The notes beneath the pieces were generated by a model. The model was not told the DNA's origin. It was given only the letters and a program-made list of their open reading frames with translations, and ran no database searches. Shown here piece after piece: positions 1-9,465 of a DNA stretch of 64,000 nt; position 1 is the stretch's first letter, and each line of letters starts with the position of its first letter. Made by a program: the position numbers and the translations under genes. The DNA is taken from assembly GCA_041694885.1 (NCBI GenBank), contig JBGFRX010000016.1, forward strand, positions 86 to 64,085, read 5' to 3'. Origin of the DNA: Candidatus Micrarchaeota archaeon (GTDB lineage: Archaea > Micrarchaeota > Micrarchaeia > Anstonellales > Bilamarchaeaceae).

Positions 1-1092
1 GATTCGCTCCAATCCAACTAATATTTCCGGCTCGAAACCCAGCCGCGCGCCCATTTCAGCAAGAATCTCGTCAACCAGAATATGAGTTTCGTGTATTACT
101 GTATTACCTACCACGAAAACGGCAAACGAACCGGGCTTCAGAACCCGGTAACATTCTTCCAGCACTTTTTCCATATCAAAGAAGTACGCGCCTATTACTG
201 GGATTTTATTTCCTATTTCTCCTGCTTCAGGAGGCAAATCCTCCCCCATTACTGAGGCAGTTATGGAAGAGCGGAGGCATCTTTCCCTTGCCTTCTTCGT
301 CGTCTGCGGATCCATTTCCAGAAGCGAGAGTTCCAATCCGTACACTTTTGTATAATCAATTGCATTCAAGTAAGGCGGAGAGGTGATTATGGCGTCCATT
401 GTCCCGCTTTCTAGATCCATTTTTCTCGCATCGCCCAAAAAAATCTCCGGCTCAGCTCCTGTTATGGGACTTTCGCGCAAATCCCTCAGCATCTTCTTTA
501 CCTTCCTCTTGAACATCTCCTTCACAGGAGCAACTGATTTTTTCACCAATTTGAGCACTCCTCCGTCCTTCAGGACAAAGGAGCACATTGGAATGAGCGA
601 TATTAAGGCGAGAAGCAGGAAATTGCGCGCTTTTTCATTTTCCACTTCTGTTATTTTCTCCCTTATGTAAAGGATGTTGCGCAAATTCGCAGGCGGAAAC
701 GCCTTTTCGATTCTGAACAGTTCGAAATCCCATTTCAATTTCGGCAATTTCGGCCCGGTCTTTTTCTGGAAAATTCCCTTCATGAAGTTTTCAACTTCGA
801 GCAGTTCATCTTGTGAATAGTTCCGCGTCTTCACATTCGCCACGCAAACCGCCAGAGGGGAAGAATCGATTCCGCATGCATTCATCCCCCTGGATTTCGC
901 AACCAGTGCAGTCGTGCCGATTCCGCAAAAAGGGTCCAAAACCTTCCCTCTTATCTGAAATCCGTCCAAAATTTTTTCCACGAATTCCGGGGAATATGCC
1001 TCCTTGTAATGGAACCAGTTGTATATCGGTTTTTCTTTGCTCGGCTCGAACGTGAAATACGACCCTAAGTCAAAGCGGTTCGAAATTTTCAT
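1..1092 (-). CDS. DNA amino-methyltransferase (N4-C/N6-A type), truncated by window edge
   Basis: Manual translation from ATG at 1092: MKISNRFDLGSYFTFEPSKEKPIYNWFHYKEAYS...VLDPFCGIGTT (SAM motif I)...IITSPPYLNAIDY (motif IV). Open to position 1; not in ORF track. Confidence 0.85.
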   Translation of the reverse strand, partial: MKISNRFDLGSYFTFEPSKEKPIYNWFHYKEAYSPEFVEKILDGFQIRGKVLDPFCGIGTTALVAKSRGMNACGIDSSPLAVCVANVKTRNYSQDELLEVENFMKGIFQKKTGPKLPKLKWDFELFRIEKAFPPANLRNILYIREKITEVENEKARNFLLLALISLIPMCSFVLKDGGVLKLVKKSVAPVKEMFKRKVKKMLRDLRESPITGAEPEIFLGDARKMDLESGTMDAIITSPPYLNAIDYTKVYGLELSLLEMDPQTTKKARERCLRSSITASVMGEDLPPEAGEIGNKIPVIGAYFFDMEKVLEECYRVLKPGSFAVFVVGNTVIHETHILVDEILAEMGARLGFEPEILVGLERI

Positions 1093-2215
1093 ACTTCGTT
1101 ACGTTCTCCTTGGGTTTTTTGCCGCGTTTGTCCATCGCGTCGTCCACCCTTTCCTTGGCAAGTGCTTCTCCCGCCTCGCGCACGTCCATTCCGTCCATCC
1201 TCTCGAGCGCGAGCTGGGTATTCTTTACTATCTTGTTCTCCACGAGCGCGAACATCTCGTCCTCGTCGTATCCGCGCAGCTCCGCGTACGAGCTTATCAC
1301 TCCGCCCGCGTTCGCAATGAAGTCCGGTATCACTACGATTCCCTTTTTGCCCAGGTGCTGCTCCATTTCCGGAGTCATCGGGATGTTGGCTGCCTCCACC
1401 ACGAGCCGCGCCTTCACCTTATTCACGTTCGCTGCTGTGATTACGTTGGGCCTTGCGCCCGGGATGAGCACGTCGGCCTTGAGCTCGAACAGTGCTTTTG
1501 GAGGAAGTACCTTGCCTTCCTTGTACGCAGTCACCGTTCCTTTTTCCGTCTTTGTTTTTATCAATTTTTCGTAATCCAGCCCCTTTTCGCTGTGTATCGT
1601 TCCCCTGGAATCGGAAACCGCGACCACTTTCGCGCCTTTTTCAGTCAAGAATTTCATTGCGAAAGTTCCCACATTCCCGAAGCCCTCTATCGCAACGCTC
1701 GCCCCGTTGAGGTCGAATCTGCAGAACTTGCAGAACTGCGAAGCGACCTCAGTAGCTTTAGCGACTCCGAAGCCGGTGCTTCCCAATTCGTGCGGAAGCC
1801 CGCCCATCGAGAATGGCTTTCCAGTTGCAGCATCTCTTGTCCCTATTTCATCTGAAAATATGGCCATTTCCTTTTCCGTCATATTCATGTCCGGACCTGC
1901 GATGTACATTCCTGGAACATATTGCTTTATCGCCTTTGCGAATGCGCGAACGTATGCCTCCTTGTCCACCTTCCTTGGGTCGCCCTTTATCCCCGATTTC
2001 GCGCCTCCGAACGGAATGTCAGCCAATGCATTTTTCCAGGTCATCGCCCGCGCAAGGCCGCACACCTCCTGCGTGGATATGTCCGGAATGAACCTTATCC
2101 CTCCCTTTCCCAGCCCGCGCGCAAGGTTGTCCATTACCAGAATCCCCTGCATTCCGGTCTTCGCATCATACACCTCCACTATGTATTCCGGCCCGTACTT
2201 GTCTTTCGCGTACAT
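1070..2215 (-). CDS. gdhA: Glu/Leu/Phe/Val dehydrogenase (glutamate dehydrogenase)
   Basis: GKGGIRF, MTWKNAL, GGAKSG, GPDMN, EGFGNVG and PDFIANAGGV motifs. Confidence 0.9.
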   Translation of the reverse strand: MYAKDKYGPEYIVEVYDAKTGMQGILVMDNLARGLGKGGIRFIPDISTQEVCGLARAMTWKNALADIPFGGAKSGIKGDPRKVDKEAYVRAFAKAIKQYVPGMYIAGPDMNMTEKEMAIFSDEIGTRDAATGKPFSMGGLPHELGSTGFGVAKATEVASQFCKFCRFDLNGASVAIEGFGNVGTFAMKFLTEKGAKVVAVSDSRGTIHSEKGLDYEKLIKTKTEKGTVTAYKEGKVLPPKALFELKADVLIPGARPNVITAANVNKVKARLVVEAANIPMTPEMEQHLGKKGIVVIPDFIANAGGVISSYAELRGYDEDEMFALVENKIVKNTQLALERMDGMDVREAGEALAKERVDDAMDKRGKKPKENVTKYENFEPL

Positions 2216-2449
2216 GTGTTCTCACCTATATTAGTAATTGTAATGGACAAAAACAAATATTGCGTTTTTAGGGGATTAGCTTTAAATACTAAGCGCTTCA
2301 TATCCAATGCGTAACCCGGCGAAAAACCGAAAGTACCATGTCCCTTTGGGCAAGAACTGTACTTTTTTTGAGGAGAAAAAGAAATGAACAGCGATGCGAA
2401 CGCAAGCGCTGCAAAGTCCGAAAGCCAGGAAAGAAACAGGGTGAAACGA

Positions 2450-3079
2450 ATGAAGAAAGTCGTGATACCTGGGGAGCAGATATCGGAAAAGCCGTTCCTC
2501 AGCGAATCCACGGTTGTGGAGAACAGCAAGACGTACGCTTCGGTAGTGGGCTTCATGGATGAGGAGAACAGGTTCGTGCCTGCGAAAAGCGTCTACAGGC
2601 CTCAGCCCGGGGACAGTGTGGTTGGAGTGGTGGTGTATATAAGGGGAAATGGGTACAAAGTCGATCTTAATCTTCCTTTCGAGGGTTTTCTTTCAGGAAA
2701 GGACACGCGAGTGCCGTTCGGTATGGGCGAGATTATGTACGGAAAAGTGAAGGACGCTGACGAAGTCGGAAACGTTGACCTCATAGACGTGAGGAAGCTC
2801 GCGCCGGGAAAAATAGTCGAGTTCCCTCCTGCTAAAATCCCGCGGCTCATCGGGAAGAAGAACAGCATGCTCATGGCGATAATGCAGGGTACTGGAAGCG
2901 AGATGTATGTGGGCAACAACGGCTACGTCTATCTTTCAGGGGGCAACATACCGCTCGCGCTCAGGGCAGTGGAACTCGTGCGCAGAAAGTCGCACATGAG
3001 CGGGCTCACTCAGGAAGTGATCGAATTCCTTGCGAAAAACAAAAAAAGCAAAACCAGTGAAGCGACGAAGAACGAGTAA
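2450..3079 (+). CDS. rrp4: Exosome RNA-binding subunit Rrp4
   Basis: VVIPGE, YRPQPGDSVVG (S1), IPRLIGKKNSM (KH), GNNGYV; GGTGA SD before ATG 2450. Confidence 0.92.
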   Translation: MKKVVIPGEQISEKPFLSESTVVENSKTYASVVGFMDEENRFVPAKSVYRPQPGDSVVGVVVYIRGNGYKVDLNLPFEGFLSGKDTRVPFGMGEIMYGKVKDADEVGNVDLIDVRKLAPGKIVEFPPAKIPRLIGKKNSMLMAIMQGTGSEMYVGNNGYVYLSGGNIPLALRAVELVRRKSHMSGLTQEVIEFLAKNKKSKTSEATKNE

Positions 3080-3119
3080 TGAAAACTGCGAGTGATTATT
3101 GATGATTGCAGGTGAAAAA

Positions 3120-3863
3120 ATGTCAGGAACTGAAAAACCGAAACTCATAGTAGATGGAAAGCGGTTGGATGGAAGAAGCCCTGATGACCTAAGGCCGATA
3201 AGGATAGAGACGGGAGTGCTGAACGAGGCAGATGGTTCTGCGTACGTGCAGTGGGGCGGGAACAAGATAGTCGCGGGAATTTTCGGGCCGCGCGAATGTA
3301 TACCGAAGCACGAGGCGAACCCATACAAGGCACTTGTGAAGTGCAGGTACACGATGTCGCCTTTCGCGAGCAAGGAGGAGCACGGAAGGAGCGGGCCGAA
3401 CCGGAGGAGCATAGAAATTTCCAAGGTGATAAGGGAGGTCTTCGAGAACTTGGTGGTTGCGGAACTTTATCCAATGACCCAGATCGATATATTCATAGAT
3501 GTTTTGCAGGCAGAAGGAGGAACCCGCGTGGGGGCGATAACCGCCGCTGCTGCAGCACTCGCAGACGCAGGAATTCCGATGAAGGATATGGTGTGCGGTG
3601 TTGCTGTAGGAAAAGCGGACGGAGAAATAGTTATTGACCTCGGAAAGGCAGAGGACAACTTCGGGGAAAGCGATGTTCCGATGGCCGTTTCGCACAGGAA
3701 CAAGGAGTTACTCCTTCTCCAGATGGATGGATTGCTCACTAAAGAAGAGCTCGCGAGCGCGATAGACAAGGCGATAAATGCGAGCGATAAAATACACCAG
3801 CTACAGGTTGACGCGATAGTGAAGAAATACGAGTACCCCGAATCCGAGGGCCTCAAGCTTTAG
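3120..3863 (+). CDS. rrp41: Exosome exoribonuclease Rrp41
   Basis: RLDGRSPDDLRPI, ADGSAY, VLQAEGGTR, LLQMDG (RNase PH family); synteny. Confidence 0.95.
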   Translation: MSGTEKPKLIVDGKRLDGRSPDDLRPIRIETGVLNEADGSAYVQWGGNKIVAGIFGPRECIPKHEANPYKALVKCRYTMSPFASKEEHGRSGPNRRSIEISKVIREVFENLVVAELYPMTQIDIFIDVLQAEGGTRVGAITAAAAALADAGIPMKDMVCGVAVGKADGEIVIDLGKAEDNFGESDVPMAVSHRNKELLLLQMDGLLTKEELASAIDKAINASDKIHQLQVDAIVKKYEYPESEGLKL

Positions 3864-3872
3864 CGGTGATTG

Positions 3873-4017
3873 ACAACCAGCAAAAAACATTGGTGATTGA
3901 AATGGCTGAAAAATGCATCGCGTATGCGCTCACATTTTTCAGATCCAGCCGACATGGGGATGTCGGCTGTCTTTCAATCACAACCAGCAAAAAACATTGG
4001 TGATTGAAATGGCTGAA
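3873..4017 (+). repeat. 38-bp exact direct repeat (3873-3910 and 3980-4017) flanking a 69-bp hairpin-rich insert
   Basis: ACAACCAGCAAAAAACATTGGTGATTGAAATGGCTGAA occurs twice; each copy carries an SD and ATG. Confidence 0.9.
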
Positions 4018-4812
4018 TCGGCAAAGGACATTGTGATGCACGAAGTGAAGAGGAGCATGCTCCTCGACCTGCTCGCAAAAGGGCAGCGTTTGGATGAGAG
4101 GGCATTCGACGAGTACAGGCCTGTGAGCGTGCAGAAAGGAGTGATAGACACTGCAGAGGGCTCAGCACACGCGAAAATAGGCAAAACCCAGATATTGGTA
4201 GGTGCCAAAATGGCTGTTGCAAACCCTTTCCCGGACAGACCAAAGGAAGGGGTGTTCAGCGTGAACTGCGAATTCCTTCCGCTCGCGAGTTCCAGCTTCG
4301 AGCCTGGGCCTCCGGACGAGGATTCGATAGAGCTCGCAAGAGTCACTGACAGGGGGATAAGGAGCGCGGAAGTTGAGAGGGAAGAGGGGATAATCTCGAA
4401 CTTTTTCCTTGAAGAGGGGAAGGTGCTCGCGCTTTACTTGGACATATACGTGCTCGACCATTCCGGGAATATGACCGACACCGCATCGCTCGCTGCAGTT
4501 GGAGCGCTCGTTGACATGAAGATACCTAAATACGAGAACGGCGCGCTCATAAGGGACGAATATGCCGGGAAGCTTGAGTTGAAACACTTCCCAATAGCGA
4601 CGACTTTCGCGAAAATAGGCGAATATCTTCTTTGCGACCCAACGCGCGAGGAGATGCTCGCAGCGGACACGAAAATAACCATAGCAACAACGCAGAACGG
4701 CCAGATCGCGGCGATGCAGAAGGGCAAGGGCGCGCTCACGAAGGACGAGGTGCTCGGGGCAGTGGACATCGCATTTAAAAAGGGCTCAGAACTAAGGAAA
4801 TATGTTTTGTAA
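4009..4812 (+). CDS. rrp42: Exosome subunit Rrp42
   Basis: RLDERAFDEYR, AEGSA, FEPGPPDEDSIELARVTDRGIR; synteny. Confidence 0.95.
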   Translation: MAESAKDIVMHEVKRSMLLDLLAKGQRLDERAFDEYRPVSVQKGVIDTAEGSAHAKIGKTQILVGAKMAVANPFPDRPKEGVFSVNCEFLPLASSSFEPGPPDEDSIELARVTDRGIRSAEVEREEGIISNFFLEEGKVLALYLDIYVLDHSGNMTDTASLAAVGALVDMKIPKYENGALIRDEYAGKLELKHFPIATTFAKIGEYLLCDPTREEMLAADTKITIATTQNGQIAAMQKGKGALTKDEVLGAVDIAFKKGSELRKYVL

Positions 4813-4823
4813 GGTGAATATGC

Positions 4824-5057
4824 ATGAGGACCCCAAAATTCGGCGCAAGCATAAGAAAGCAGTACGATGGAGCTGAAAGAGCGAAAAGAGAGAAATACGC
4901 TTGCCCGAAATGTGGCAAGAAACGCGTGAAGCGGCTCGGGAACGCGCTGTGGAAGTGCAAGTCATGCGGAGCCAAAATCGCAGGAGGAGCTTACGCGCTC
5001 ACTACTGGAGTAGGGGAAGTAGCGAACCGCATGATCAGGGAATATTCCAAATCATAG
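4824..5057 (+). CDS. rpl37ae: 50S ribosomal protein L37Ae (eL43)
   Basis: FGASIRK, CPKC...WKCKSC, AGGAY. Confidence 0.93.
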   Translation: MRTPKFGASIRKQYDGAERAKREKYACPKCGKKRVKRLGNALWKCKSCGAKIAGGAYALTTGVGEVANRMIREYSKS

Positions 5058-5070
5058 GGGGGTGGTTCCG

Positions 5071-5208
5071 ATGGGGCAGTTCAAGGTATGGAAAACAGGA
5101 GAAACGGTCGAAGTTACTGATGAGAAGAATTTCCACTTCCCGGAAAGCGGGGAGAAGATACTCGCGAAGACAAGGCAACCGATAGCGAAAACAGTGGACA
5201 CGGATTAG
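5071..5208 (+). CDS. rpoP: RNA polymerase subunit P (Rpo12), cysteine-free variant, 45 aa
   Basis: MGQFKVWKTGETVEVTDEKNFHFPESGEKILAKTRQPIAKTVDTD; conserved slot between rpl37ae and brix; G-x-K-I-L-x-K-x-R tail; GGTGG SD. Confidence 0.8.
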   Translation: MGQFKVWKTGETVEVTDEKNFHFPESGEKILAKTRQPIAKTVDTD

Positions 5209-5217
5209 TTGTTTAAG

Positions 5218-5706
5218 ATGATTGTGAGCACAAGCCGCTACGCAAGCTGCAAAACAAAGGCACTTGCAAAGGCATTTGCAAATGTCCTGGGCTCCCAATA
5301 TTGTGCGCGGGGCAAAAAGACGGTTGAAAGGCTCGCCTCCCTTGCCGGGAAAAAAGGGGAAAGCACGCTCGCGCTCGTTTCGCCTGATGAAATTTCCTTC
5401 ATTTCCATTTCCCACTTCGGCTGGAAATGGAAGGGCAAGGCGCTCAAAATTTCAAAATATGAAATTGGAGAGGCGGAAGAAGAGGAAATAGGCGCAGTTG
5501 AAGGGAAGGACGCTGAAATTTTTCAAACCCTTTTCGGCTTGGATATGTTTTACGCAGGCGATGCGGTTCTTTGCGCTGAAAAGGGGAAAATGGAGGTAGT
5601 GGATGAGGAAGGCAAGCGCGTGCTTGAAATCGAATATGAAATCATTGAGGATGGAACCGGGAATGAAGGAAGCAGGGCTGGAAATGAGATGGATAAAGAA
5701 AAATGA
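5218..5706 (+). CDS. Brix/Imp4-like ribosome biogenesis protein
   Basis: IVSTSRYAS...RGKKTVERL N-terminus; exosome superoperon position. Confidence 0.75.
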   Translation: MIVSTSRYASCKTKALAKAFANVLGSQYCARGKKTVERLASLAGKKGESTLALVSPDEISFISISHFGWKWKGKALKISKYEIGEAEEEEIGAVEGKDAEIFQTLFGLDMFYAGDAVLCAEKGKMEVVDEEGKRVLEIEYEIIEDGTGNEGSRAGNEMDKEK

Positions 5707-5725
5707 GGATGAGGCGGTAAGGAAG

Positions 5726-5962
5726 ATGAAAAACAGTGCTGAAATTATTCTTGAAGTTCCGCAGGCGGAAGCAGGCAATATAATCGCTGCGCTGAAAAAG
5801 GAAAGCGCTGCGAACGGGCGATTTGAAGCCCGGATAGCGATGCGTGGAAAAAAACTCGGAATAATAATCGAGGCAGAGGACATCGTAGCGCTGAGATCAG
5901 TGCTGAACAGTTATTTAAGGTATCTGCAGACAATAGAAGGTCTTAAGGAAAACGATTTGTAA
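5726..5962 (+). CDS. pcc1: KEOPS complex subunit Pcc1
   Basis: IEAEDIVALRSVLNSYLR motif; synteny before prefoldin beta. Confidence 0.85.
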   Translation: MKNSAEIILEVPQAEAGNIIAALKKESAANGRFEARIAMRGKKLGIIIEAEDIVALRSVLNSYLRYLQTIEGLKENDL

Positions 5963-5971
5963 GGTGGGAAT

Positions 5972-6322
5972 ATGGCTGAACAGGTAAACCCTGAACTCGA
6001 ACGGGACTTGATGGAATACCAGAACGCCGAAAGGCAACTCCAAGCAGTGCTTCTTCAGAAGCATCAACTGCAGCTCCAGCTGAACGAGATAACGCTTGCA
6101 GTGGAAGAGCTCGCTAAGGCGAAGGGGGACATTTACAAGGCAACGGGAAGCATAATGGTCAGGAGCACCAGGGAGGAGGCGGAAAAGGACCTCAAGGAGA
6201 AGAAGGACCTTTTCGACATACGCGTGAAGGCACTCTCCCAGCAGGAGGAGAAGATGAAGAACGTGCTCATGCGGCTTCAGAAGAAGATAGAGGAGCAGGC
6301 AAAGGGCTACGGCGTCTCCTGA
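5972..6322 (+). CDS. pfdB: Prefoldin beta subunit
   Basis: Coiled coil with IYKATGSIMV hairpin; synteny. Confidence 0.92.
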   Translation: MAEQVNPELERDLMEYQNAERQLQAVLLQKHQLQLQLNEITLAVEELAKAKGDIYKATGSIMVRSTREEAEKDLKEKKDLFDIRVKALSQQEEKMKNVLMRLQKKIEEQAKGYGVS

Positions 6323-6330
6323 TGCGATTG

Positions 6331-6365
6331 TTGTTTCGGATTTACGGTTTTCTGTTTTGGGGTTC
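6331..6365 (-). repeat. Degenerate heptamer array (5 units)
   Basis: Minus strand GAACCCC AAAACAG AAAACCG TAAATCC GAAACAA. Confidence 0.6.
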
Positions 6366-6369
6366 TAAG

Positions 6370-7323
6370 ATGGGCTCTTCGGATTTTTCCTCTTTTCTTT
6401 CAAAATACAGGAATAGCCAGCTTGCGATAGGGGTGCACAGGAACGCGGATTTGGATGCTTTGTGCTCTGCTTATGCGCTCAGCACTGTTTTTTCCAATTC
6501 TCAAATAGTTGCTCCGGATGAAATGAACGTTCCTGCGAAGAATTTTGCCAGGGATTTTGGAATTACTGTAAAGGAGTTCAAAAAAGTCAGAAGAGAGGAG
6601 TTCGAAGGGCTTATTGTAGTGGACAGCGGAAGCTTCGTGATGATTGAAGAGGCGAGGAAATGGAAAATCATCCTGCTTATAGACCATCATCAGAAAGCAC
6701 CTGATGATGAAAGAATAACTGCGGAAATTGAGGTTTGGGATGGAAATTCCCCTTCCGCTTGCCAGATAGTATCATCCCTGCTTCCTGAAATGGATGGAAA
6801 GGTGGCATTTGCGCTCGCTGTCGGAATCGTCTCTGATACTGCCCGCTTCAGGAGCGGGAATATGCAGAGTTTTGGCGAACTTGCACGGCTGATGAAAATC
6901 TGTGGCAAGAGCTACACGGACATCCTGAATTACGCTGAACCGGAAAGGGAGGTGGATGAAAAGGTTGCAATACTTTCTGCGATGGCAAAGGCGAATGTAA
7001 TCACATACAGGAATTTCGTAATCGCAACAACCGTTGTTCCCAAGAACGAGGGCGACGCGTCCTCTGCGCTTACAGAATATGCCGACGTGGCTTTTTCCGC
7101 GAGCTGGAGGGATGAGGAGAAGGAAACGAGGGTTTCTGCAAGGGCGAGGAAGAGTATTCCATTCGCATTGAACGAACTGATGAGGGAAATAGGCGCGCAG
7201 TTCGCGGCAACAGGAGGAGGACACGCGAGAGCAGCAGGAGCGAATGCGAAAGCCCGCCCGGAAGAAGTGCTCAGGTTCTGCGTGGAGGCGGCGAAGGATG
7301 CTATTGATGTATCGTTCATTTGA
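6370..7323 (+). CDS. DHH/DHHA1 phosphoesterase
   Basis: HRNADLDA, IVVD, IDHH, SDT, GGGHARAAG. Confidence 0.9.
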   Translation: MGSSDFSSFLSKYRNSQLAIGVHRNADLDALCSAYALSTVFSNSQIVAPDEMNVPAKNFARDFGITVKEFKKVRREEFEGLIVVDSGSFVMIEEARKWKIILLIDHHQKAPDDERITAEIEVWDGNSPSACQIVSSLLPEMDGKVAFALAVGIVSDTARFRSGNMQSFGELARLMKICGKSYTDILNYAEPEREVDEKVAILSAMAKANVITYRNFVIATTVVPKNEGDASSALTEYADVAFSASWRDEEKETRVSARARKSIPFALNELMREIGAQFAATGGGHARAAGANAKARPEEVLRFCVEAAKDAIDVSFI

Positions 7324-7449
7324 ATGAAGATGCGCATTTTATAATGAACATAGAGAAGAACCATGGTAAACTTGGAAAGTAATTCGGCGAGGTATAAACG
7401 AAACTGCAGTTAGGAAGCAGGAAATCACGAACATTGGAAAGGAGAGATT

Positions 7450-8436
7450 ATGAAAACCATCATTGTTGGAGGACAATACGGGGACGAAGGAAAAGGAAAG
7501 ATATTGAGCCATCTCGCATTGGAGGATAACCCGCAAATAATTGCAAGGGGCGGAGTGGGTCCTAACGCAGGGCACAAAATCCAGTGGAAAGGCACGACTT
7601 ACGGCTTGCGGCTTGTTCCGTGCGGGTTCGTGAACGATAAGGCGCGGTTGCTTATAGGAGCAGGAGTCCTTGTGAATCCTGAGATCTTTCTGAAGGAGGT
7701 CGAATTGACGAAAAGCGCGAAAAGGGCAGGAATTGATTTTCGCGCAACTGCGATATTGCCCAAACATATTGAACTGGACAGAAGCGAGAATTCCAGGAAA
7801 ATTGGCACGACCGGAACTGGGTGCGGACCTGCGATGACTGACAGGGTGGGTAGGACTGCGAAAACAGTTGCCGAAATTCCTGAATTAAAGCCCTATCTTA
7901 CTGACGTAGTGAAGGAGGTGAACGAAGCGAAAAACGTTCTTGTGGAAGGAACGCAGGGCTTCATGCTTTCCCTTCTCTACGGCACTTACCCTTTTGTGAC
8001 GAGCAAGGACACGTCCGCATCTACAATGGCCGCGGATGTTGGATTGGGACCTACGCAGATAGACGAAGTGATGATGGTGGTAAAGGCATACACCACGCGG
8101 GTGGGCAACGGGCCTTTCTCTTCTGAAATTTCCGTGGACGAGGCGGTGAAAGCCGGATTCCAGGAATACGGCACGGTTACGGGAAGGCCGAGGAGGACGA
8201 GCAGAGATTTGCATTTCGACGAGTTGCGGCTCGCTGCACGGGTGAACAGCGCGACCCAGATTGCGATTACGAAAATAGATGTGAGATTTCCGGGAAATGC
8301 AGGGGCGAAGAAGTTCGAAGCCCTTACCCAAAAGGCAAAGGACTTCATAAAAAACGTGGAAAAGGAGCTCAGGACTCCAGTTACGCTCATAGGAACTGGA
8401 CCGGACGCAGAGGACGTAATTGACCTGCGGCACTAA
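7450..8436 (+). CDS. purA: Adenylosuccinate synthetase (short archaeal type)
   Basis: GGQYGDEGKGK, GPNAGH, EGTQG, YTTRVGNGPF, GTVTGRPRR. Confidence 0.97.
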   Translation: MKTIIVGGQYGDEGKGKILSHLALEDNPQIIARGGVGPNAGHKIQWKGTTYGLRLVPCGFVNDKARLLIGAGVLVNPEIFLKEVELTKSAKRAGIDFRATAILPKHIELDRSENSRKIGTTGTGCGPAMTDRVGRTAKTVAEIPELKPYLTDVVKEVNEAKNVLVEGTQGFMLSLLYGTYPFVTSKDTSASTMAADVGLGPTQIDEVMMVVKAYTTRVGNGPFSSEISVDEAVKAGFQEYGTVTGRPRRTSRDLHFDELRLAARVNSATQIAITKIDVRFPGNAGAKKFEALTQKAKDFIKNVEKELRTPVTLIGTGPDAEDVIDLRH

Positions 8437-8471
8437 AGCGTTTTTATTCCTTATTTATCCTTATTTTACTT

Positions 8472-8600
8472 GCAGGGATGGCAGAACCTGGTATCGCGCC
8501 AGACTTGAAGTTCCGTGTTTGGAGTTTTTCGAAACTGGAAACAGGAAACGGATATCTGGTGCCCTTCCTGGGCTTAGGAGTTCAAATCTCCTTCCCTGCG
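8472..8600 (+). tRNA. tRNA-Ser(UGA) with 44-nt intron at 37/38 (8510-8553)
   Basis: Acceptor GCAGGGA/TCCCTGC plus G73, anticodon stem CCAGA/TCTGG, TGA at 8506-8508, long variable arm, GTTCAAATC T-loop. Confidence 0.93.
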
Positions 8601-8629
8601 AAAATCACACTTAAAAATATTAGTATGGT

Positions 8630-9370
8630 ATGGATTGCATGGGCATCGGCAAAATAATCAGCTATACATTCAGGGAATACAGGAGAAACCTGTGGTTCAT
8701 CCTTCTCTTCTCAGCCATGTTCATTATTTCCATGCTCGCGCTTTTCCTTGCGCCGGGTCCGACCTACGTTTCCTTAGGCGGAACCTACCTGAGAATAGGA
8801 AGCATTCCGGAGCTCACTGCAGTTGATATTGCGGTGATTGTGGCTGCTTACCTCCTTTCTCTGCTCATATTCGCGGATGCGATAACAAACATAAACATAA
8901 TAATAAAGGCGAACAGGACGCTCAGCAGGATTCCGAAAGAGATATTCGGGGGAATATTCAAATACGCGCTCAAGATATTCTTCGTTTACACAATAGCGAT
9001 GCTTTTCGTTTTTGCAGTGAACATCGCGACCTTCAACGATCCTTGGCACAACGTCATCTTTCCGCTCGTGTCGTTCCTTGTGTTCATGGCGATATTCTTC
9101 GTGCCCCCTGCAGTCATAATAGATGACATGGATACGTTTCGCGCAATAGCTGTTTCGATCAGGATGCTGGCGCAGAAATGGCGACTCGTGCTCTTCTGGG
9201 CAGTCGCAGGGCTTGCGGCAATCTCGATTATAGAATTCTTCTTGTTCCTGATAATCCCGCCCGCGATTGCGAAATACCTCGTGATAGCGCTCAATGGCCT
9301 CATTGTCATTCCGGTACTCACGATATTCCAGACGCAGGTGTACATGGAAAAGTACCCGCTTTCTCCTTAA
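8630..9370 (+). CDS. Hypothetical multi-pass membrane protein
   Basis: About 6 hydrophobic segments; long ORF. Confidence 0.75.
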   Translation: MDCMGIGKIISYTFREYRRNLWFILLFSAMFIISMLALFLAPGPTYVSLGGTYLRIGSIPELTAVDIAVIVAAYLLSLLIFADAITNINIIIKANRTLSRIPKEIFGGIFKYALKIFFVYTIAMLFVFAVNIATFNDPWHNVIFPLVSFLVFMAIFFVPPAVIIDDMDTFRAIAVSIRMLAQKWRLVLFWAVAGLAAISIIEFFLFLIIPPAIAKYLVIALNGLIVIPVLTIFQTQVYMEKYPLSP

Positions 9371-9465
9371 TAGTGCTGGACTAACCATCTCCCTTTTTCA
9401 GAAGTTTTATAAAACAAATTACCGAATGGAAAACGACCAGTTTTCAAATTTCGCCCAGTGATTTG

